DNA from: an uncultured Pseudomonadota bacterium
GTDB taxonomy: Bacteria > Myxococcota_A > Polyangia > Fen-1088
Reading direction: 5' to 3'
Length of the DNA: 64,000 nucleotides
Assembly (NCBI GenBank): GCA_963847705.1
Contig: CAWKBC010000032.1
Location: forward strand, 480,009 to 544,008
The notes below the pieces were generated by a model. That model did not search any database. It saw nothing but the letters and a program-made list of their open reading frames with translations, and was not told the origin of the DNA. Position 1 is the first letter of the stretch. The number at the start of each line of letters is the position of its first letter. This document shows positions 56,564-64,000 of this stretch, piece by piece. The translations under genes were made by a program, and so were the position numbers.

Positions 56564-56667
56564 CTCACGCTTCGCAGCAGCGCCAGAGCGAGCATCGCGA
56601 GCGGGTATTCTCAAGGACGGCTCACTCTTCGCCGCAGCCCCGGAGCGAGCATCGCGAGCGAGTCTTC
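56564..56667. repeat. Two imperfect 47-bp direct repeats, 57-bp period (REP/BIME-like)
   Basis: CTCAC.CTTCGC.GCAGC.CC.GAGCGAGCATCGCGAGCG.GT.TTC at 56564 and 56621. Confidence 0.75.
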
Positions 56668-56713
56668 CCCCCGGGAGGCGCGGCTTCGCCGCGCCGGCTC
56701 ACCTCAGAAGGAA

Positions 56714-56751
56714 GGGGGGCCGGTGGGGGGACGTGTCCCCCCGCCCCTCTT
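56714..56751. repeat. REP-like hairpin element directly after the PilZ gene stop
   Basis: GGGGGGAC-GT-GTCCCCCC stem flanked by GGGGGGCCGGT; similar to the element after rpoA. Confidence 0.55.
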
Positions 56752-57144
56752 TCATTCGTCGTCGTAGTACAGCGAGTCGCGGCTCTCGACGAACTTCTGG
56801 ATCATGGCGGCCGCGGCGGGCGAAAGGTTGACGAACCTGACGCCCATTCCGGTGGCGCCCTCGACCTTGTGAAGGGCGCTGTTCTCCCGGATCCAGCGGA
56901 CCTCGGTCTCGACCGCCAGCGTCTCGTTCGTTCCGGGCAACGAGAACTTCAGCGTGATCCGATCGCCGATCTTGCGGATGGCGTTGGTGGCGATGAAGAC
57001 ACCGCCGGAGCTGATGTTCTGTGTGAGGCCGGTGTAGAAGTTGTGATCGCTCTCGAGGTCGACCTTCACCTCGAGATCGAATCGCTCCGCGGCCCGAACG
57101 TGTTGCTGGTTCTGCGCCACTTTGGCCCCCGTACCGGTGTCCAT
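56752..57144 (-). CDS. TIGR02266-family PilZ domain protein
   Basis: RAAER (RxxxR), NFYTG, NISSGGVFIAT (NxSxxG), VRW, GMGVRF; AAGGAG RBS. Confidence 0.9.
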   Translation of the reverse strand: MDTGTGAKVAQNQQHVRAAERFDLEVKVDLESDHNFYTGLTQNISSGGVFIATNAIRKIGDRITLKFSLPGTNETLAVETEVRWIRENSALHKVEGATGMGVRFVNLSPAAAAMIQKFVESRDSLYYDDE

Positions 57145-57285
57145 GCGTTCGCTCCTTCGTCGCGTCCGCGAGACCAAGTCGGCCTCGCTCCCAGACGTTC
57201 GACAGGAGCCGCGTCAAACTGTAGGCGGCCGGGCGGGGGCGCGGACGAAAATCTGGTCGACGTCTCCTCGACGTCTACCCGCCGT

Positions 57286-57867
57286 CTACTCGTCCTGGCT
57301 CTTGGACTTGGCCTTCGAGGCCGCGGCCTTCTTGACGGCCTCGGCAGACGGCTTCGAGCCCTTGGCGCCCTTGGCCGCCGCCTTGGTCTCACCCTTGGCT
57401 GCGCCCTTGCCCTTGGGGGCATCCTTGGAGGACTCCGGCTTGGGCGCCGACGCGCCGTCCTCAGGCATCAGCTCCAGCAGCGACATCGAGGCCGCATCGC
57501 CCGGGCGCTGATCCAGCTTGACGATCCGGGTGTAGCCACCGGCGCGGCCGGCGAAACGGGGCGCCAGCTCGTCGAACAGCTTCACCACGGCGCCACGGTC
57601 GCGCACCACGCGCCGGGCCATCCGGACGGCGTGCACGACGCGCGCCGACTCCTCGGTCGACCGCCGCTCGGGCTTCTTGGTGAGCACGTCACCCACCCGC
57701 CGCGCCCAGGTGATGGTGCGCTCAGCCAGCCGCCGCGTCTCCTTCGCCTTGGCGTCTGTGGTCCGGATGCGCTCGTTGGTGAACAGCGCCGCCACCAGGT
57801 TGGAAAACAACGCCTGGCGATGCGCCGAAGTGCGCGAAAGATGAACCCCAGCTCGACGATGTCGCAT
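57286..57867 (-). CDS. rplQ: 50S ribosomal protein L17 with internal insert and Lys/Ala tail
   Basis: MRHRR..LSRTSAHR, IRTT.AKAKE, GGYTRIVK. Confidence 0.96.
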   Translation of the reverse strand: MRHRRAGVHLSRTSAHRQALFSNLVAALFTNERIRTTDAKAKETRRLAERTITWARRVGDVLTKKPERRSTEESARVVHAVRMARRVVRDRGAVVKLFDELAPRFAGRAGGYTRIVKLDQRPGDAASMSLLELMPEDGASAPKPESSKDAPKGKGAAKGETKAAAKGAKGSKPSAEAVKKAAASKAKSKSQDE

Positions 57868-57987
57868 TTTCTTTTCTCTCTACTCTTCTGCTCTTCGTTC
57901 TTATTTCTGCTCTTGATCGGAGGCGGGCTCTGCCCGCCGGAGACTTATGTGCCGAGCAGGATCCGGGTCCGGCTCTAGTCGCGTGGC

Positions 57988-58027
57988 GGTGGGCCCGTGG
58001 GAGGGGCGGAGCCCCTCCCGCGCTCTT
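57988..58027. repeat. REP-like hairpin between rpoA and rplQ
   Basis: GGGAGGGGC-GGA-GCCCCTCCC stem preceded by GGTGGGCCCGT. Confidence 0.6.
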
Positions 58028-59065
<1,038 letters not shown>

Positions 59066-59080
59066 TTCCTTCTCCTCGAA

Positions 59081-59710
59081 TCAGCGTGAGTAGAGCTCGA
59101 CGATGAGTTGCTCACGAATCGGCAACGTCAAATCTTCACGAGCGGGGAGCGCAGTCAGCTTCCCCTTGAAATTGTCCTTCTCCAGCTCCAACCACTTGGG
59201 AACCCCGCGCCGGTCGACGGCGCCCAGGCTCTCCAGGATGCGGGTGATCTTCTTGGAGCCGTCCTTGACCTCGATCTGGTCGTTGGCCTTGCAAAGGAAC
59301 GACGGGATGTCGACCCGGTGGCCGTTGATCAGGAAGTGGCCGTGGCGCACCAGCTGGCGCGCCTCTGCGTGGTCCGAGGCGAACCCCAGACGGTAGATCA
59401 CGTTGTCCAGGCGCCGCTCGAGGAGCTGCAGCAGGTTCTCGCCGGCCACGCCCTTCATGCGGATCGCCTTGTGGTAGTAGCCGCGGAACTGACGCTCGGC
59501 CAGGCCGTAGAGGCGCTTGACCTTCTGCTTCTCGCGCAGCTGCGACCCGTAGTTCGACAGCTTGCGCCGCCGGGCCTGGCCATGCTGGCCGGGGGCGTAG
59601 GCGCGCCGCTCGTAGCCGCACTTGTCGGTGTAGCAGCGGTCCCCCTTGAGGAACAGCTTCATGTCTTCACGCCGGCAGAGCCGACAAACAGGTCCGGAGT
59701 AGTTCGCCAT
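59081..59710 (-). CDS. rpsD: 30S ribosomal protein S4 (Cys-containing form)
   Basis: CRLCRRE, LREKQK, LERRLDN, IVELYSR. Confidence 0.99.
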   Translation of the reverse strand: MANYSGPVCRLCRREDMKLFLKGDRCYTDKCGYERRAYAPGQHGQARRRKLSNYGSQLREKQKVKRLYGLAERQFRGYYHKAIRMKGVAGENLLQLLERRLDNVIYRLGFASDHAEARQLVRHGHFLINGHRVDIPSFLCKANDQIEVKDGSKKITRILESLGAVDRRGVPKWLELEKDNFKGKLTALPAREDLTLPIREQLIVELYSR

Positions 59711-59744
59711 CTAGATGAGCTCTTTCTGTATCAGACGCGCTGAA

Positions 59745-60152
59745 TCAGACGCGGCGCCGCTTGGGCGGGCGGCAGCCGTTGTGGGGGATCGGGGTGAGGT
59801 CGCGAATGAGCGTGATCTTGAAGCCGGTCGAGGCGAGCGCGCGCAGCGCCGACTCACGGCCCGAGCCGGGACCTTTCACGTACACGGAGAGGGAACGCAT
59901 CCCGTGCTCCATCGCCTTGTGCGCGGCGTCCTCGGCGGCGAGCTGCGCCGCGAACGGCGTCGACTTGCGCGAGCCCTTGAACCCCTTGACGCCGGACGAC
60001 GACCAGGCCAGCACATTGCCGGAGACGTCGGTGATCGTGACGATCGTGTTGTTGAACGACGCCGTGATGTGGGCGATGCCGCTCTGAATGTTCTTCTTGG
60101 CCTTCTTGGCCTTCGACTTCGGCTTGTTGGTCGTCTCCGCTGGTCCAGCCAT
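59745..60152 (-). CDS. rpsK: 30S ribosomal protein S11
   Basis: [30 protein letters not shown]. Confidence 0.99.
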   Translation of the reverse strand: MAGPAETTNKPKSKAKKAKKNIQSGIAHITASFNNTIVTITDVSGNVLAWSSSGVKGFKGSRKSTPFAAQLAAEDAAHKAMEHGMRSLSVYVKGPGSGRESALRALASTGFKITLIRDLTPIPHNGCRPPKRRRV

Positions 60153-60155
60153 GGG

Positions 60156-60545
60156 TTAAGCGCCCGTCCCTTCCGTCTTCCGTTTGATCGCCTGACCCTT
60201 GCGTGGTCCCTTGCGCGTGCGCGCGTTCGTATGCGTGCGCTGTCCGCGAACCGGCAGGCTCTTGCGGTGGCGCAGGCCCCGGAAGCAACCGAGGTCCATC
60301 AGGCGCTTGATGTTCATGCCGACCTCGCGTCGGAGATCGCCCTCGACCTTCAGCTGGCGCTGCTCGATCACCTCGCGGATGCGACGGGTCTCGTTGTCGT
60401 CGAGATCGTCTGTTCGCTTGCTCAGCGAGACGTCCGCCGCCTTCAAGATGTCGCGCGAGAGCGCCTTACCGATTCCGTAGATGTACGTGAGCGCGATTTC
60501 CATCCGCTTGTTGCGCGGAAGATCGACGCCAGCCAAACGCGCCAT
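60156..60545 (-). CDS. rpsM: 30S ribosomal protein S13
   Basis: [32 protein letters not shown]. Confidence 0.99.
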   Translation of the reverse strand: MARLAGVDLPRNKRMEIALTYIYGIGKALSRDILKAADVSLSKRTDDLDDNETRRIREVIEQRQLKVEGDLRREVGMNIKRLMDLGCFRGLRHRKSLPVRGQRTHTNARTRKGPRKGQAIKRKTEGTGA

Positions 60546-60547
60546 GC

Positions 60548-60661
60548 TTAACCTTGCCTCTGCTTGTGCCGTTGATTCTCACAGATCACGCGCACGACAC
60601 CGCGTCGGCGGATGACCTTGCATTTGTCGCATACCTTTTTGACCGAAGCCCTGACCTTCAT
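60548..60661 (-). CDS. rpmJ: 50S ribosomal protein L36 (zinc-binding form)
   Basis: [37 protein letters not shown]. Confidence 0.98.
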   Translation of the reverse strand: MKVRASVKKVCDKCKVIRRRGVVRVICENQRHKQRQG

Positions 60662-60732
60662 CGGACGCTCCCGATAGCACGGATTTGCCAGAAATACTCG
60701 AACAACCCCATCATTTGGACGTTCACCAACGC

Positions 60733-61491
60733 TCACGCCCTGGAGAGCACGATCGGGCCGTCATCGGTGATGGCGACCGAATGCTCAAAATGGGCGGAGA
60801 GACTACCATCTTTGGTTACAGCCGTCCACCCATCATCTTCGATGGCGACTTCCGGGCTGCCGGCGTTGACCATCGGCTCGATGGCGACCACCAGACCAGC
60901 CGAAAGCCGCCGGCCCTTGCCCGAGTCCCCGTAGTTCGGGACGTGCGGCTCCTCGTGCATGGCCCGGCCGATGCCGTGCCCCACGAACTGCCGGACCACC
61001 GAATAGCCCCGCTTCTCGACGTGCGACTGGACCGCCCAGCCGATGTCCCCCAGCCGGTTCCCCGGGACGCAGGCGGCGATGGCCCGCTCGAGCGACTCCC
61101 GGGTGGCGTCCATGAGGGCCTGGGCGGCAGGGCTGACCGGGCCGATCGGCACCGTCCGGGCAGAGTCGCCGCACCAGCCGTCTTTGAAGGCGCCGAAGTC
61201 GATAGAGAGGATGTCCCCCTCTTTGAGCACCACGTCGCGGCGGGGGACGCCGTGCACGACGACGTGGTTGACCGAGGTGCAAACCACGGCCGGGTACGGG
61301 GGGTGGCCGTAGTTGAGAAAAGCGGGCTCGGCCTTGAGCTGCTTGAGCTTGACGGCGGCGATCTCGTTGAGCTCCCAGGTCGCCACGCCCGGCCTGGACG
61401 CCGCTTCCAGCGCGTCGAGCACCTCGGCCACGATCAGGTTCGCTTGCCGCAGCTTGGCGATCTCGGACGGGCTCTTGAGCTGGATGGCCAT
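60733..61491 (-). CDS. map: Type I methionine aminopeptidase
   Basis: CTSVN..VVHG, GDSART, GHGIG..MHEEP, IEPMVN, SAHFEH. Confidence 0.97.
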   Translation of the reverse strand: MAIQLKSPSEIAKLRQANLIVAEVLDALEAASRPGVATWELNEIAAVKLKQLKAEPAFLNYGHPPYPAVVCTSVNHVVVHGVPRRDVVLKEGDILSIDFGAFKDGWCGDSARTVPIGPVSPAAQALMDATRESLERAIAACVPGNRLGDIGWAVQSHVEKRGYSVVRQFVGHGIGRAMHEEPHVPNYGDSGKGRRLSAGLVVAIEPMVNAGSPEVAIEDDGWTAVTKDGSLSAHFEHSVAITDDGPIVLSRA

Positions 61492-61502
61492 GGTGTTTGC
61501 TT

Positions 61503-62159
61503 CTACGAGAGGAGAACGGCGGCGTAGATCCGCCCGAAGATCTGGTCCATGTTGCCGTCGGCGTTGATCTTACGCACCGGCCAGGCGTTGGAGACGAAGT
61601 ACTCGACCACCGGTTTGGTCTTGGCGGTGAACTCGCGCAAGCGATTGCGGATGATCTCCTCCGAGTCGTCGCTGCGCTGCTTGAGCACCCCGGCACAGCG
61701 GTCGCAGATCCCGGCCACCCGCGGCGGCTTGGCCACCACGTGGTAGCTGGCCTGGCAGCTCTCGCAGGTGCGACGGCCGGAGATGCGCTTGACCAGCTCC
61801 TCCTCCGGGGCGTCGAGCACGATCACCCGATCCATCGCCTTGCCGTAGCCGGTCAGCATCCGACCGAGGACCTCGGCCTGGGGGACCGTCCGCGGGAATC
61901 CGTCGAGCAGAAACCCGCGCGCCGTGTCCGGCTGCTGCAGGCGCTCGCCCAGCAGCTCGAGGACGAGCTCATCGGGGACCAATTGCCCCTGGTCGATGAA
62001 CCCCTTCGCCCGCTGTCCCAGCGGCGTGTACGACTGGATGGCGGCGCGGAGCATGTCGCCGGTGGCGACGTGCGGGATGCCGAAGACCTTGGAGAGCCGT
62101 GCCGCCTGCGTCCCCTTGCCAACGCCGGGAGGTCCAAAAAGCAGAAGGTTCTCACTCAA
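61503..62159 (-). CDS. adk: Adenylate kinase with zinc-lid (TTG start)
   Basis: [28 protein letters not shown]...CDRC, RSDD. Confidence 0.97.
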   Translation of the reverse strand: MSENLLLFGPPGVGKGTQAARLSKVFGIPHVATGDMLRAAIQSYTPLGQRAKGFIDQGQLVPDELVLELLGERLQQPDTARGFLLDGFPRTVPQAEVLGRMLTGYGKAMDRVIVLDAPEEELVKRISGRRTCESCQASYHVVAKPPRVAGICDRCAGVLKQRSDDSEEIIRNRLREFTAKTKPVVEYFVSNAWPVRKINADGNMDQIFGRIYAAVLLS

Positions 62160-62191
62160 CGCCCGGCTTCTTCACGGAAGGTGGTGACCGG

Positions 62192-63544
62192 CTAGCGGCC
62201 GCCGACGGCTCCGCTGGTGCCGCGCGTTCCACGACCCCGGATCCTCGGTCCGCGTGGGCCGGTGAACCCTTCGTAGTTGCGCGTGATCAGGTGCGACTCG
62301 ATCTGCTGGACGGTATCGAGGGCCACCCCGACGACAATCATCAGGCCGGTGCCGCCGAAGTAGAACGGCACTTTCAGCTGCTCGTGCAACAACGAAGGAA
62401 GCACGCAGATGACCGAGATGTAGACGGCGCCGCCGAAGGTGATGCGGGTCAGCACCTTGTCGATGTAGGCCGCTGTGGCCTTGCCCGGGCGGATGCCGGG
62501 GATGAAGCCGCCGTACTTCTTCATGTTGTCGGCCACGTCGACCGGGTTGAAGGTGACCGCCGTGTAGAAGTAGCAGAAGAAGACGATCAGGCCGACGTAG
62601 ATGGTGTTGTAGCGCCAGTCGCCCGGGTGCAGCGCCTCCGAGATGCGCTGCATCCAGGGGGTCTGCACGAAGGAGGCGATCTGCTGGGGGAACATCAGGA
62701 TCGACGAGGCGAAGATGGGGGGGATGACGCCCGCCGTGTTCACCTTGAGCGGCAGGTGGGTCGACTGGCCGCCATAGATCTTCTGGCCGACGATCCGCTT
62801 GGCGTATTGGACGGGGATACGTCTTTGCCCCCGCTCGAAGAAGATGATGACCCCCACGACCACCACGATCAGCAGGCCGATGATGGCCAGGTCGAAGGCG
62901 GTGATGTCCCCCATCTTGGCCTTGGAGAACATGCGGACCGCGGCGTCCGGGATCCCCGTGACGATCCCGGCGAAGATGATCAGCGAGATGCCGTTGCCGA
63001 TGCCGCGCTCGGTGATCTGCTCACCCAGCCACATGATGAACGACGTGCCGGTGGTCAGCGACAGCATGGTCATCATCCGAAATCCCAGACCTGGATCGGT
63101 GACCACCTGGCCGAACTGCGCGTACGAACGGTTGTTCGACTCCAGCCAGCGGGCGATGAAGAACGACTGGATCAACGACAGGATCACGCAGCCGTAGCGC
63201 GTGTACTGGTTGATCTTGCGCTGCCCCATCTCCCCTTCCTTCTGGATCTGCTCCAGCTTGGGGACCACGACGGTGAGGAGCTGCAGGATGATGGAGGCGC
63301 TGATGTACGGCATGATGCCGAGCGCGAAGATCGACATCTGCTCGAGCGCGCCGCCCGAGAACATGTTGAACATGCCCAGGAACGATCCCGAGGCCTGGTT
63401 CACGATCTTCCCCATGATGGCGCGGTTCACGCCGGGGGTCGTCACGAAGGCGCCGATGCGGTAGACCGCCAGCATCATCACCGTGAACAGGATCCGCCGG
63501 CGCAGCTCCGGGATCTTGCCGATGTTCTGAAAGCCGCTCGCCAT
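62192..63544 (-). CDS. secY: Preprotein translocase subunit SecY
   Basis: [39 protein letters not shown]. Confidence 0.99.
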   Translation of the reverse strand: MASGFQNIGKIPELRRRILFTVMMLAVYRIGAFVTTPGVNRAIMGKIVNQASGSFLGMFNMFSGGALEQMSIFALGIMPYISASIILQLLTVVVPKLEQIQKEGEMGQRKINQYTRYGCVILSLIQSFFIARWLESNNRSYAQFGQVVTDPGLGFRMMTMLSLTTGTSFIMWLGEQITERGIGNGISLIIFAGIVTGIPDAAVRMFSKAKMGDITAFDLAIIGLLIVVVVGVIIFFERGQRRIPVQYAKRIVGQKIYGGQSTHLPLKVNTAGVIPPIFASSILMFPQQIASFVQTPWMQRISEALHPGDWRYNTIYVGLIVFFCYFYTAVTFNPVDVADNMKKYGGFIPGIRPGKATAAYIDKVLTRITFGGAVYISVICVLPSLLHEQLKVPFYFGGTGLMIVVGVALDTVQQIESHLITRNYEGFTGPRGPRIRGRGTRGTSGAVGGR

Positions 63545-63549
63545 GGCTG

Positions 63550-63999
63550 TTAGCCGGTCACGACCTCAGCCGTGCCGCCCGCTTTCTCGATCTTCTCTTT
63601 GGCGGACGCCGAGAACGCATTGGCCTTGATGGTGAACTTCTTGGTCAGCTCTCCCTCGGCGAGGATCTTCACGATCTTCGAGCTGCGCGGGACCATGCCG
63701 GCCCCCTGCAGCGCCGCCAGATCGACGGTGCCGGCCGGGAAGCGCTCGTCGAGCGCACCCAGGTTGACCGCGAAGATCTCCTTGCGGAAGGGATTCTTGA
63801 AGCCCTTCTTGGGGAAGCGCCGCTGCATCGGCATCTGCCCGCCCTCGAAGCCGAAGCGCGCGCCGTGGTGGCCGGTGCGGGCCTTCTGCCCCTTGACGCC
63901 CTTGCCCGACTGCTCGCCCGTGCCCGAGCCCGGCCCGCGCCCGATGCGCTTGCGGTTGCGGGTGGCGCCCTTCGGGCCTTTCAATGTGTGAAGCGTGGT
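63550..63999 (-). CDS. rplO: 50S ribosomal protein L15, start just outside window
   Basis: [30 protein letters not shown]. Confidence 0.97.
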   Translation of the reverse strand, partial: TTLHTLKGPKGATRNRKRIGRGPGSGTGEQSGKGVKGQKARTGHHGARFGFEGGQMPMQRRFPKKGFKNPFRKEIFAVNLGALDERFPAGTVDLAALQGAGMVPRSSKIVKILAEGELTKKFTIKANAFSASAKEKIEKAGGTAEVVTG

Positions 64000-64000
64000 T

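Noticed and set aside
56564-56667. Possible mini CRISPR array
   Set aside because: Only two imperfect 47-bp units with a 10-bp gap and no cas genes; fits REP-like repeats better

Overview
GC-rich bacterial chromosome segment. Gene content (TIGR02266 PilZ protein, eukaryote-like Ser/Thr kinase, Gly-linker lipoproteins, needle-less T3SS-like export genes) points to a myxobacterium (Myxococcota); this placement is inference. From 1 to about 44.5 kb the window is an accessory/adaptive region. It holds a TetR-regulated FAD monooxygenase with readable operators, a cobalamin-riboswitch-controlled operon of two uncharacterised lipoproteins plus a small Cys protein (best candidate for an undescribed system, a BtuB-less B12 capture module), rsgA, a TonB-dependent receptor, a stand-alone gap beside a GlxA regulator, and DUF748/TamB-like envelope genes. 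It also holds a stress/storage cluster (glsB-like, kup, katE, CopG plus PHB-depolymerase esterase, ytxH-like, GH13) and a polyprenyl-phosphate-sugar/GT-C glycosylation cluster. From 44.5 to 64 kb it is housekeeping, all on the minus strand: rplO-secY-adk-map-rpmJ-rpsM-rpsK-rpsD-rpoA-rplQ, PilZ, an isolated fliO-fliP-fliQ-fliR-(Met-rich secreted protein)-flhB export-gate cluster, then galU-priA-(pseudo-receiver/J-like)-fmt-rsmB-rpe. Five single-base frameshifts (kup, esterase, ytxH-like, fmt, flhB) all sit at or beside GATC, which suggests methylation-linked sequencing errors rather than pseudogenes. No rRNA, tRNA, CRISPR array or transposase was recognised. All calls come from reading motifs by eye; no database search was run.
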